64,000 nucleotides of DNA from Mobula hypostoma (Eukaryota). This document shows positions 1 through 12,810 of this stretch, piece by piece; the first letter of the stretch is position 1, and each line of letters begins with the position of its first letter. The notes beneath the pieces are model-generated. The model did not search any database and was not told the origin of the DNA. It saw only the letters and a program-made list of their open reading frames with translations. The stretch covers positions 9,548,001 through 9,612,000 of the forward strand of contig NC_086108.1 of the NCBI RefSeq assembly GCF_963921235.1, read 5' to 3'. The position numbers and the translations under genes are program-made.

Positions 1-504
1 CTCCTTTGAACTCTCTCCAATGTTAGTACATCCTTTCTTAGATAATGGACCCAAAAGTGCTCACAATACTCCAAGTGAGGCGTTAACAGTGCCTTATAAA
101 GCCTCAGCATTAGATCCTTGCTTTGATATTTTAGTCCCCTTGAAATGAATGCTAACATCGCATTTGCCTTTCTCCCCACCGACTTAACCTGCAAATTAAC
201 TTCCAGGGAATCCTGCACAAGGACAAGTTGACTCGCACTTAAATCCTTTACCGCTTCAGGATCGGCCTATTAGGACAGCACTTGTACAAGACTGGACTAT
301 AAGACATTAAATTCAGCCCATTGATTCTTGTCATTCCATCATGGCTGATTTATTACCCCTCTCCTGTCTTCTCCCTGCAACTATGAAGCCCTTACCAATT
401 AGAATCTGTCAAACCACTGCTTTAACTATATCTATGAAATAGGTGCAAAGTTCACATTTATTAACTAGTACTCAAAATAACAAGTGTATTGTAACAAATT
501 TTAT

Positions 505-782
505 TTACTTATTGAGTTACAGCGTGGAATAGCCCCATCCGAGGCTTCAAGCCGCACTGCCCAGCAATCCCTCAATTTAACCCTAGCCTAATCGCTGGAC
601 AGTTTACAATTAACCTACCAACCTGGTAGGTCTTTGGACTGTGGGAGGAAACCGGAGCATCTGGAGGAAACCCACAAGCTCACGGAGAAATCATACTAAC
701 TCCTTACAGGCAGCAGCAGGAATTGAACACGGATTGCCTGTACTGTAAAGCATTGTGCTAATCACTATGCTACCATGCCACC
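505..782 (-). mobile_element. tRNA-derived V-type SINE
   Basis: tRNA-like head and V-domain GGGTTTCCTCC...CTCCCACAGTCCAAAGAC. Other minus copies at ~2205-2458, 5590-5835, 10285-10525, 13640-13875, 45790-46270, 48685-48920, 52760-52940 and 58015-58240. Confidence 0.8.
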
Positions 783-865
783 TCAATGCCGGCAACATTA
801 AGTTACGGCGAGCTGGGCACAACACTTCTTTGTCAAAAACTTCAATAATTAAATGTCAACCTTAC

Positions 866-1381
866 CTGCACTAGTATTGCTTCCAATGTTGTTGATTGCG
901 GATGGCACTGACACAGATGTATGCAGAGGCAAATGCCCATTCTCACAGGTCATTGGCTTGTCCTGCCAGGCAGGAACAGTGACACACATGCCGCTGTCTG
1001 CTCGGTTCTGCCACTCATTCAGCTTGTCCTCAACGTTCTGTCTTTGATTTTGGTTGTACGCTCCTGTGTAGATAGAGTCTGCCCGCCCAACACCTGATGA
1101 GCTGTAGTTGCTCGACATGTGCTCCTCCAGGTGAGTTAGCCATAAGGCCAGGGAACTCCGGTCGTCCAGCGAGGTGGCAGGATGAATTAGTGCATAGGAC
1201 AGGAGCTGCCTACTCTCTTCTATAAACAGGTTGCTATCGATTGAGTAAGCCAGCACCTTTTGCAGCAGCTTCATGTACTCAGACTTTGCTTCTATATTCC
1301 CAGGCTGAAGTAGAGGAAGATGGGAAAGCAGCTGTAGAACAACCTTCTCCTTAGGGTCTTGATGCCATTGACTGATGAAAG
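866..1381 (-). CDS. SAMD4B: SAMD4B-like second coding exon, 516 nt: (A)[74 protein letters not shown]...[16 protein letters not shown]...[12 protein letters not shown]
   Basis: Acceptor TTTTTTTTTCAG| (AG at 1383-1382) and donor GCAG|GTAAGG (GT at 865-864). Phase 1/1, in frame with the upstream exon (G+CT = Ala). [19 protein letters not shown] and SVP.AIN.IGSN resemble SAMD4B more than SAMD4A (from memory of the human paralogues). Confidence 0.92.
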
Positions 1382-2574
1382 CTGAAAAAAAAATACAGTT
1401 ACTTAAATTTTCGGAAATAAATCACTTCCTGTCAAGTTTACTCTTCCACTTGCCTTCAGATATAACCTACAATCATTTCAATTACAGCTACAGTGGAGTA
1501 GGCCCAGTACATCCCTGGAGAGTAAAGCCCTCCAAACCATTGAGCACATCTATATGAACTGCTGTCATAGGAATGTAGCAGTCATCATCAGAGAACCCCA
1601 CCACCCAGGCCATGCTCTCCTCTTGCTGCTGCCAGCAGGTAGAAGGTACAGGAGCCTCAGGATGCACCACCAGATTCCAGAACAGTTACTACCCCACACC
1701 ATCAGGCTCTTGAACAAAGGAGATAACTACACTCACTTTCTCCATCACTGAGATGCTCCCACAACCAAACATCTCACTTTAAAGACTCTTTATCTCATGT
1801 TCTTGATACTTATTGCTATTTATTAATGTTTGCATTTGCACAGTTTCTGTCTTCTACACTCTGGATGATCTTTCATTGATCCTGTTATAGTTACTATTCT
1901 CTAGTGCCACAACTTTTGAACATTGCTTTGTCAGTCTGTTACTTAAATTATTTCATAAATTCTATTGTACTTCTTTATTTTCCTGTAAACGCCTGCAAAA
2001 ATGTATCTCAAGGTAGTATATAGCTATAGATATGTATTTTGAACTTTGAAATACATTGACCCGTGTGAGTGATCAAAGGTCAGTGGTTACAATGTGAACT
2101 CACACCTTCATCCTGTTGAGGGAAAGGTTATTGTTGAGCAGAAGATTGACAGATAAATGTTGAGCTTGGTTGCATTGCACATCAACATTCACCAGATTTT
2201 TAAAAAATTTATTGAGATACTGCGCAGAATACACCTTTCTAGCCCTTAGAGCTGCTCCACCCAGAAAGCCCCCCCATTTAATCCTAGCCTAATCATGAGA
2301 CAATTTACACTGTCTTGCCAACCGGTAAAACTTTGTACTGTGGGAGGAAACCACGCAATCGTGGGGAGAACATACAAAATCATTACAGGCCATGAAGGAA
2401 ATTGAACCCGGGTCGCTGCTACTGTAAAGCATTGTGCTAACCACTGTGCTACCGTGCCAGTTCAAGGGGTAAAGAAGGCTCAGAAGTAGTGGGCATGAGA
2501 GGCATGTGTCTCAAGGCCCTTCAGCTTGCTCATTGTATTAAATGTACCCTAAATATATCTTTGCAAAAACCTAT

Positions 2575-3743
2575 TTGCTGGAGGGATTTAGAGGTAGCAT
2601 CTGTGGAGGCAGAGAGATTGTTGATGTTTCACACTGGGACACTGTATCAGGATTGAGTGTATAGAAGAGAGATAGGATCCAGGTCAGGAAAGGTTGATAG
2701 ACACAAGTGAGGGGAAGGGAGAGGTGGAGACGGTGCCAGAGGCTGGGTGATGATTGGTGGAGACAGCACAGAGGAGTTGCAGAATGTGGAACCTGATAAG
2801 AAAGGAAGGCAATGAGTGAAATGAGATTAGAGAGATGGTGGTGAAGTGTGTGAGTAAAAGGTAGTCGGTCATTTCCGCCAGCTATGATGCAATGCCACCA
2901 GTTGCATCTTCCTCTCCCCGCCCTTTCTCAGGGACTGTGACTCCTTGGTTTTGTCATCACTCTACACTCATCCCTTCTTGCCCCAGGCAGTTTCACTTAC
3001 AATTGTAGGAGGTTTAACACTTGAGCCACCGCAAACTTAAACCAGGGGTTCCCAACCTTTTTTATGCCATGGACCATCTTTTCAATTGGGGCATAAATTT
3101 ATACGGACCTCCTCTAATCTTGTAGATTAGATTCAGTGCTCTTGATTTACCCTCCTCTACATCCATGAGGGGAGGGAACGACGATGAGACCAAGTGCAAA
3201 CTGGGTGACTATTTTGCCGAGCACCTGCAGACCTATCTGTGAGAGCAATCTTGAGCTGCAAATCGTAGCACCATTTTAATTTTTCTCTCCATGCAACACC
3301 AATCTTGTCTTCTGCCTCCTCCACTTCCAGGATGAGGCCAAACAGAGGAATGGCACCTTGGATTTTCACCTGCATAGCCTACAACCCAATAAAATGAAGG
3401 TTGATTCCTCTAATTTCAGGTAAGCTAACACCTCCTGTTGTCTTCTCTCCTCCTGATCTACACAGGCTCTCTCACTTAACCTTTCCTCTTCTCATCCAGC
3501 CCCATGTTAGCTGGTTTTCCCCCCTCCCCACCTGGCTCTATCTGCTTATCGCCCACATGCCATTAACTTCCTCCCACTGTTCCCATATACCCAGCCTTTC
3601 TATCTGATTTCATTCAGTACCTTTTCTCATCAGATTCCATCATCTGCCTTGGTCTCCATCAATCACCTGCCAGCCTCTGTCATTGCCTCTACCCTCCCTC
3701 CCCAGCTGGTTATCAACCTCTCCTCATCTAGATCCACCTATCA
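2575..3743. mobile_element. Old rearranged Penelope-like fragments, continuing at 4526-4670 after a Chapaev-like insertion
   Basis: Degenerate similarity to the GIY-YIG region and terminus. The host motif CCACCTATCA|CCTGCCAGC is split by the insertion. Confidence 0.6.
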
Positions 3744-4525
3744 CACTGGACAACAAAGATTTTGCATCCTGAATACTTTTGGGTGTATCTCATGGAGTTT
3801 GCACAGCTGATCATGAAAATCACCATGAAATTTCCTCATCATATACCATTTTTAAAAACATTGCCAATATTTATTTCAATTCATAATACAATCAGAAAAA
3901 CTGATTTTTATTGGTCTACAAATCAAACAGGTCATCAATGACAGGCAATTCGAAGAACTTCTAGTGGGGGACTGGAGAAAATTGCATGGAAGGCATTCAA
4001 GGATGTTGCTGAAAATTTTCTTGGCAACTACAGAGCACCAAACTACGTGCAGCTGGTTGACAACATGTTTCAAGCATACAAAACCTTGAAGTATAACATG
4101 TCACTAAAGATTCATTTTCTGCATTCCCATTTGGACTTCTTCCCTGTAAATTCTGGTACTGTCAGTAACGAGCATGGTGAAAGGTTTCACCAGGACATTG
4201 CGGTCATGGAGAAACGGTATCAGGGCAACTGGAATTCGTCAATGCTGGCTGAATATTGTTGGATACTTAAGCGTGAAGCTTCAAACACTAAGTACAAACA
4301 AAAAAAATAATCAAAACATATTTAGCTTAGTTGAACTATTGCAAAGTATCAGCACCATTATGCAATTAAACACATTATATTCAATAAAAGCTAATTTATT
4401 GTTCCTTCAAATTCCTACATGATACAAGTAGTCTGAAATTATATTTGTGTTCAGCGTCAAATAGCCTATCATAAACAAAAAAATTCTGAGGAAGCAACAC
4501 TTTGGAAAATAAATGCTATCCAGTG
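3744..4525 (+). mobile_element. Chapaev3-like (CMC) DNA transposon, internally deleted
   Basis: Termini CACTGGA...TCCAGTG and 3-bp TSD TCA (3741-43, 4526-28). Transposase C-terminal remnant MSLKIHFLHSHLDFF...SNEHGERFHQDI (ORF 4047-4310). Confidence 0.75.
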
Positions 4526-6021
4526 TCACCTGCCAGCTCCTGCGTCTACTTTTAAATTGGTTAGATCCTTCCTCATGCTGTCCTGATGTAGGGGCTTCAC
4601 CCAAAACATCAACCACCCCTTTGCCACCCCTCCCCCCACCAATGCTGCTTGACATGCTGATTTTCTCCAGAAGTTCCCCCCCCCACACGCTCCAGAGCCC
4701 ACTATCTGAAATCTGTTGCATCTCAATATACAATGGTAATACGTAGTAATCGTTCTGTAAGTGGCACATGCATTAACATATTTTACTGGATGCCTACTGG
4801 TATGAAGCATTGCCCACAGGAGTAGTTAATACCAAATCGAACCAATGACTAGTACAAGCACTGAAGCAATGATGCACCCTACCCCATGCTTAGCTATCTT
4901 TGTATAGTCTATTACCAACATATGGCAAGAAAATAGCATCTAAAAACCAGTATTAGTAAATATAACACAGAATTGGTGAATATAGTTAACCCATTTAGGA
5001 TGTTGGTGAACAATGGCAATTCAGGCTGAGGCACTTGATGTTGTGGTGCTCACTGAACTTCGCAAGGAACTTGCAGATGCTTCATCACCAGTCAAGCCTA
5101 CATCCTCAGGACGCAGTTATGTTTCTCTCTGGGAGTGCTTGCATTTATATAGCCCCCCTCTTTCACTTGCAACTCTCCTGACTGGCTATCCCTTCAGTTG
5201 ACCTCTGAATTCTATTGACTCGTGTTTTTCTGGCTCTTAGTGGTTCATAGATGGCGTTTATTTTAAAGCAGGTACGAGAATTTTTAGAAGAGTGGTTCCC
5301 TTTTGATAACTCCCTAAACAAACATATCAAAATAGATGCAAATGGCGGAAATTATAGTAGACACAATTATGATAATTTACCAAAATTATCTTGATCTTGA
5401 CAGAGTTGGTAAATGTGACATCATCCACGTTGGAATGAAAAATTAGAAGCATCACACACAAAATGCTGAAGACAGGTCAGGCACCTGCCAGCTCCTATGG
5501 AAATGTTTTGGGCTGAGGCCCTTCAGGACTCAAAAGTTAGTATTTTCTGCAATGGGAAGGAAACCAAAGGAACGTCTGCCTGTTGATCTATTTATTTATT
5601 GAGATACAGCATGGAATAGACCCTTCGAGCTGCAATTTCATCCCAGACTAATCATGCGACAATTTACAATGACCAATTAACCTACCAACTACTCCATCTT
5701 TGGACTGTGGGAGGAAACCAGAGCTCCTGAAGGAAACCCTCATGGTCACAGCAGAAAATATTACAGCCAGCAGCAAGAATTGAGCCCGGATCACTGTAAT
5801 TATAAAGCGTTGTGCTAATCGCTACACTATCGGACTACCTACTTCTTTGATACAAATCATTCTGTTCTTTGGAATGCAAAACTGTGATTGATTTCCACAC
5901 TAGAGAAGATTTGAAAAGCAACATGGCCGTATCAATTTTAGAATCTTGAATGCTTGGAATGTAATTTGTTATATTAAAACAAAGGAGAGTCTAACGGACA
6001 GAAGGTGTGTGACTAAATACA

Positions 6022-6300
6022 GTGCAGCACAGTGTTGTAGTGGTTAGCACAACACTTTACAGTACCAGTGACCCAGGTTCCATTCCTACCTTGGCCTGTA
6101 AGGAGTTTCTCCCTGTGACTGCATGGGTTTCCTCTGGGTGCTAAGGTTTCTTTCCACAGTCCAAAGGCGTATTGGTTGGTAGGTTAATTGGTTATTGTAA
6201 ATTGTTCCGTGATTAGGCTAGGGTTAAATCAAGGGACTGATTGCTGGGTGGCGTGGCTCAAAGGGCCTATACCACGCTGTATCTTAATCAATCAATAAAC
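6022..6300 (+). mobile_element. tRNA-derived V-type SINE
   Basis: Box A/B (GTAGTGGTTAG...GGTTCCATTCC) and V-domain. Other plus copies at ~15068-15340 and 56230-56470. Confidence 0.8.
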
Positions 6301-6814
6301 ACGATCTATAAATAAATATCTGTTCTCTTTCACAAAGCAAGTTCAAGCCGAAGGGGTCAAATGTCTTTGTCAGCAGAAACTTATGATTCAAGCTGACCTA
6401 CAGACCCAATCAGCATTTTCATTCAGACATGTTAAGCTGCAAAGTTTCAAACAGGCAATTTCACATTTAAAAAAGGAAGAGCAAGTACGAATGGAAATTC
6501 TGTATCCAAATATCAAAGCAGATCTAACTAGCAACAGTACCCCCCCCCCACCCCACCGAATCAGTCAAGGTCAGAATATGTACATCTCTGAACATACTGG
6601 TCAAATTGTTTCAAATACATAATTTAGTTATAAAACAGCTCAGTTTGAATTTTAAACAAAGATGATACAATGTAGCGGCGTGGGACAATGCACTGCTTGT
6701 AAAGCAATAACAATTAACTTTGTGAGCTTGACTATAATCGATGCATAAAGATCTGCCAGAGTAGAAAAGGTAAAACACAATGCAAGCTGTATTGGTCAGA
6801 ATGCAACAACAAAA

Positions 6815-8080
6815 TAGTGTAATTGGGACACACCAGGGCCAGTTCATTTTGAGCCATTAAGTGGCTGCCCCAATTAGCCTAAGTTTCATGGAAATAATTT
6901 AAAACAAGGCATAAAAGACAGAGACAAACTACATATTACAGAATAATAAATTTCTTATTTAAATGAAATACAGAACAAATTAGAGCACTATCGATACTAC
7001 AGTACTATAAAACTGTATTAGCTCCTAATAGTTAACAACAGAGGAATTCATCCAGTTCTTTAGATTGACTATAAATGGACAAAATCAGCACAGACACCTA
7101 GTGCAGATAATGGGCTGCCTTTATACAATGCTATCAGAGATTGCACCCTCCAAATCTTCATTTTCATTGTAACATTCAAGATGATTGACGATACCTTCAA
7201 ATTCTTTGTAGTTCCTAATTTGTCGAAGTAGTGAAATAGTTTTATTTTCTCTCACGGCCGTTTCTGGCATCTCCAAGCCTAAGTGCTCGAGTCCTCATAG
7301 AAGGATCAAAAGTGGAAAGAGTGAGCAATTTCAGATTCCTGGGTGTCAATATCTGTAAGGATCTATTCTGGACCAAACATTTTGATGCATCTACAAAGGG
7401 GCACAACAGGGACTACATTTCAATAGGAGTTTGAGGAAATTTGGTATGTCACCAAAACCACATGCACATTTCTACAGATGTACCATGCAGAGCATTCTAA
7501 CTGGCTATATCACCAACTGGTATGAGTGGGGGAGGGGGGGGACTGCACAGGATCGAATTAAGCTGCAGAAAGTTGTAAACTCAGTCAGCTCCACTTCTCA
7601 TGAACACTTATTTTGCACTACTTATTTAATTTGACGAATATATCACACACACCTACAGTTACTATTACATGTTGCATTGTACTGCTGCTGCAAAGACAAT
7701 AAATTTCACAACATGTGCTGGTGATATTAAACCTGATTCCAAATATGATTTTGCAGTGAGCAAAACTGTTCTGAATTGTCTTGCTGTTTATTTTTTGCCA
7801 ATTATCAGTGACAAAAATCACTGCTTTTTGAACATAAACACACACATACAACTGATGTTATTTAAAAATGGCTCGCTCTAGGCACAGAGTGTTGTCTAAC
7901 AGCCACACAAGTGCACTCAGCTGGCACTTATTATAAACTGTTCAGCGACGTCCTCCTGTCCCAATCAAGCAGCATAATGTCCCAAATAAATGAAGGGAAA
8001 CCTGGCTATTTTCGATTAAGTTTTTTGTCATTTAAGAGTTGCCCAAATCAAGTGGTTGCCCCGATTAACCGGAATCCACA
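6815..8080 (-). mobile_element. Tigger/pogo-like transposon remnant with a nested Rex1-like fragment (~7295-7740)
   Basis: TIR-like ends TAATTGGGAC... and ...CCGATTAACCGGAATCCAC. Transposase-like remnant VQKAVIFVTDNWQKINSKTIQNSFAHC. Confidence 0.6.
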
Positions 8081-8552
8081 GGACATCCCAAAGCACTTTA
8101 CCGCAAATGAGCTTTTCTACATTGGATCAAGACAAGCGTGTTTTAAATCCACATCAAGCTCCCCAAAACAGGAATGGATGGGCTAATCAAGACATATCCC
8201 AAAGCCCAATCAGATGAACTATAAAAAGGATCTCCAGTCAGGAGAAACACCCCCTGCATTGTCTCCTCTGTACCCACTGCACGACCTCAAGTTCTTACAG
8301 ACCCACTTTCTAAACAGTGGAAGTTCTAAACTAGGCTAAGTAAATTGCTGTTTCCCAAGAAATCATCTTTCCTCAGCAGGCAAACACTTTACACAATACT
8401 TCAAGTTGTGTCTTGAATACAAATAATGCTAAGATTTCTTATCCAAACAATCAACCCACTTTTACTGGAAGAGCCTTCTCATTCATACTTGCTTTCAGGG
8501 TGAATTTGAATATTTCCTCACGATACTTCCACCATTTTATCCAGGCACCCCA

Positions 8553-8760
8553 TTGCTATCCTTCAAGAGGACCACAACCTTGTCATCGTTTGGAGGCTTG
8601 CGTGCCTCAGTGACCAGAGAGCTATGTTGGCTGGATTCAGGGCTTTATGCTTTGGCTGTTGGCAGGGTCACTCATGCCAAACAGGTCAAAATGTAGAGGC
8701 CAGACTACTGGTCTTCAGGTTCAAGGTTCAGCTCAGGGCTAACAATCCTGACTGGTCAAA
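8553..8760 (+). mobile_element. RTE-like LINE 5' UTR fragment
   Basis: CCTTGTC...GCTTGCGTGCCTCA..GAGCTATG...GGGCTAACAA pattern recalled from RTE 5' ends; not verified by search. Confidence 0.45.
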
Positions 8761-9388
8761 CAATTATTTATTTTAAAAAGCACACAGAAAGAGCAACAAA
8801 CAATCCTTCTGCTTCTGAGTGCGACGGTATTCCTGAAAAATCCAGAAGAAGGAACCCTTCTTCGGTCATCAACTTCTGGATGGACCACTAAACTATATAT
8901 TTCATTTCTTTTATGTAGTTTATGTTTGTTTTTCATCTTGAATGTGATTCTGGAATCATTGGAGCCTGTGATTTACAGTTTGTAGAGTTTGGCTATTTTA
9001 GTGCACTGCAATCTCCAAGATTCTGGGAGGCAGAGGCAGCGTGTGGGAACCTCTCAGCGAGAAGGCTGCAAGACCGGGTGTGCGCCAATGCTTGACTTCA
9101 TTTTGCCGATTAAAGCTTCCTTTATTTGCCGACTGAAGCAATGAGGGAAACTGAAACAGTGAGACGAATGCAGAAGGTGAGTGCCAGCTGCTGCCTTTTT
9201 AAAATCGGTGGGGGATTGCTCTGCTGCCGGAGAGGGGAGATTACCTGTTGATCGCTGGTGGGATCGCTTGCTGCTAGACAGGAAAATGTTACCAAGGTTT
9301 TCTGCATTTTGAATGCGGACTATAGACTTCCCCCACCCCACCCTTTTAGTATTTTATATTCTGTATTTTTCACCTGATCTTTCTCTTT

Positions 9389-9390
<2 letters not shown>

Positions 9391-9434
<44 letters not shown>
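9391..9434 (+). repeat. (GT)n microsatellite followed by poly-G
   Basis: Directly visible. Confidence 0.97.
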
Positions 9435-9437
<3 letters not shown>

Positions 9438-10876
9438 GGGGGGGGGTCCAATGTACCTGTTCCGTTTTTGTCCTTTTTTTTGTAGGAAGGGGGGATTTGG
9501 GTATTGCTGATCTTTTCTTTCTTGGCTTTGTGGCTATCTGGAGAAGAGGAGTTTCAGAGTTGTATATTTTGATAATAAATGAACCTTTGAAATAACGAAT
9601 CCCATACATAGAAACATAGAGAATAGGTGCAGGAGTAGGCCATTCGGCCCTTCGAGCCTGCACCGCCATTTATTATGATCATGGCTGATCATCCAACTCA
9701 GAACCCCGCCCCAGCCTTCCCTCCATACCCCCTGACCCCCGTAGCCACAAGGGCCATATCTAACTCCCTCTTAAATATAGCCAATGTCTACCTTGTCTAC
9801 CTTTTAACTGCTGTAGGAACGTTCATGTTGGAAACCACAGTCCTTTGTTAATAATACTTTTTGTAAGATTTTCACTTTATAACAAAGTCACATACTTTGC
9901 ACACACTGACAGAAAATGGTATCGCAGCTCAACTGATGGTTTATCATCTTACTCATTTTTGATTGGCTCGGTATTAGCAAAATACCTACATGATGTAACT
10001 GCTTTGATTATGTAGCCTATTTAACTAATTTATCTACAAGGAACTTCTTTTAGCTTATCTATAAAAGTGACAGATCTTTCAGAAGCAGCACTTTGGCTTT
10101 CTTTATTCTTTTGTCTTACACCCCTCAGCATCATTTCTCAGCTCATTATTTAGTTTGCTTTGTATTTGTATGTTTGTTTGTACTCCAAAATAAACAGAAA
10201 TCTTGGAATTAAAACTGCTCATCATTCTTGACTCCCTCAAGAACTCCATGAATCAGGAGTTAAATGGAGATCCAACAATGTCTTAGTTATTTATTGAGAA
10301 ACAGCCCTTCGATCTGTGCCGCCCAGCAAACCCGTGATTTAATCCTAGCCTAATCATAGGACAATTTACAATGACAAATTAACCTACCAACTGGTAGGTC
10401 TTTGGACTAGGGGAGAAAACTCAAGCACCGGTGGAAACTCACGCGGTCACAGGGAGAACAGGGGATTGAATCCAGCTCACTGGTACAGTGAATTGTTGTG
10501 CTAACCCCTACACTACCGTGCCACCCCCCCCCCCCGACAACTGAACTATAAAGTCTGACCCTCTCTTGCACTCAGGTAATCCCCAGGAAAACCTGAAAGA
10601 ATGTCTAGTTCAGGGGTTCCCAACCTGGTCCACGGACCCCTCAGTTAATGATAGGGATCCACAGCATAAAAACTGTTGGGAACCTTTGCTCATATGGAGA
10701 GGGGGCTCCACATAAAATAAAAGATTTCAATGGTTGAAGACAGATAGAAGAAATTAAATTCATCAAATACAAAAAAGGAGAAAGGATTGCCACCATGAAG
10801 CAAGTTCAGTAAAATTAGAATTTTAAAACACCAATGTGTCATATACCAATGTAAAAAGATAAAATAACTGAAGATA

Positions 10877-11201
10877 CGAGGGGTGATTGATAAGTTCCTG
10901 GCTAAGGCAGAAGGAGTCAATTTTAGAAGACCTAGCACATTTATTTTTCTTACATTTACAAACTTAGCCCAGCCGCCGTGGAGCATATGGATCCCTTCTT
11001 TGTAGAAGTCGGCATCTTGGACTTCCAGGTGGTCCACAGCAGGGGTGATTGATAAGTTTGTGGCCTAAGGTAGAAGGAGATGAGTTATACAGCTCTCGTT
11101 ACATGCACGTGCAGTTCAACTCTGAGTGATTATGCAGAAAGTTTGAAGTTAAGAACTCATCTCCTTCTACCTTAGGCCACGAACTTATCAATCACCCCTT
11201 G
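10877..11201. mobile_element. Mariner-derived MITE
   Basis: TA-flanked TIRs CGAGGGGTGATTGATAAGTT / AACTTATCAATCACCCCTTG. Mariner C-terminal remnant FYKEGIHMLH..W.KFVN on the minus strand. Confidence 0.8.
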
Positions 11202-12760
11202 TAAGTCTATGTGCACATAGACTTTTAAGTGGAATGAAAAGCAATTACATTTTCTGCAATAGACAAGTTTTAAAGACATTCTGGAGAGAGTACAGCATAA
11301 ATTAGAGATAATATATCATTTTAAGTGCTATGATACAATATACAATTGGACCAATCAGTGATAGGCACAGCAAGCAAAAAAAAAAATCATGCTTGGAAAA
11401 AAGTTTCAAAAGTACTGATACAAATTTAGCAGAAATGCTGGAAACACTCAGCAGGTTAGACAGAGATAATACTTAGCTTGAAGAACCTTGATTCCAGTAT
11501 TTTGTTTCAGACTTCCAGCATCGACAGGATGTTTGCTATTGTGCAGGAAGATTATACCTTTTACTGAAAATCAGATTTGCAGGAATACTTTAATCAAGTA
11601 TTAGCAAAGAGACCATGATTATAACATTTACAAAAGTGGGGTTTGAAACAAAAAAAAATTCTACTCCATAACAATTTTCAAAAGTCTAGCTTCAGTAACC
11701 AGTTCTGTACATTAGTACAGACACACACAATCCTGATGAGGGGTCTCAGCCCAAAATGTCGACTGTACTCTTTTCCATAGCTGCTGCCTGGCCTGCTGAG
11801 TTCCTCCAGCATTTTGTTTGTGTGTTGCTTAGATTTCAAACATCTGTAGATTTTCTCAATACATTAGGACACTTGCTTTTACCATTTAATATTGGCTCAA
11901 TAGCTGAGAGCCTGGTATTTTCCTGTAAGAAAATAAATTGGAAAGCAGCTTCCAGCATTGGAGATCCCCATCACCCAGGTTATGCTCTCTTATTGCTGCT
12001 GCCATCAGGTAGAAGGTACAGGAGTCTCAGGACTCACACCAATAGGTTCAAGGACAGTCACTATGCCAAAACCATCAGGCTTTTTAATAAAAGGGGATAA
12101 CTACACTCACTTGCACATCCATTGAGATGTTCCTACAACTAATGATCTCACTTTAAAGACTATCTCATATTCTTCTTATTTATTTGCTGTTTATTTATAT
12201 TTGCATTTGCACAGTTTGTTGTCTTCTGCACTCTGGTTGATCTTTCATTAATCCTGTTATAGTTACTATTCTATAGATTTGCTGAGTACGCCTACAGAAA
12301 ATGAATCTCAGGTCTGTATATGGTGACATACACATACTTTGATAACAAAATTCTCTTTGAACTTTAAAAATTCATTATTTTGTGCAATAAGTCACCTTAA
12401 TGCACAATCTTTAACAAAACCCAAAATGGTTCAATGCGTCCATTTAATAACAGAGAACGTATACCGTATACAATGTGAAATTCTTACTCTTTGCATTCAA
12501 TCACAAAACAGAAGAAAACCCCAAATAATAAATGACAGAAAACTGTCGGAACCCCAAAGCCCCTTTTTCCCTTCTCATGCTCAAGCAGCAGAAAAGCATC
12601 AAACCTCCCCCTTCCCCCACTTATTCTCTCACATCCCAATATCTCTGGAAAACCCCTATACAACTTAATAAATCTACAGACCTATTGATCTTGATCTACA
12701 TATTAGATATTACCTGCCTTTATAGGCAGTGACAATGGTGAATGAATTTAAAATTTAGAG

Positions 12761-12810
12761 CAGGGGTTAATGGTAGGGGACCATGGCATAAAAAAGGTTG
12801 GGAACCCCTG
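12761..12810. mobile_element. hAT (Charlie-like) MITE, internally deleted
   Basis: CAGGGGTT...AACCCCTG with perfect 8-bp TSD ATTTAGAG. Confidence 0.8.

Noticed and set aside
849..1274. ORF as a standalone 141-aa gene
   Set aside because: It is part of internal exon 1381-866; the Met is internal and the C-terminal KVDI is intronic.
6022..6095. tRNA-like sequences (also ~15070 and 32350)
   Set aside because: They are SINE heads followed by SINE bodies, without a complete cloverleaf.
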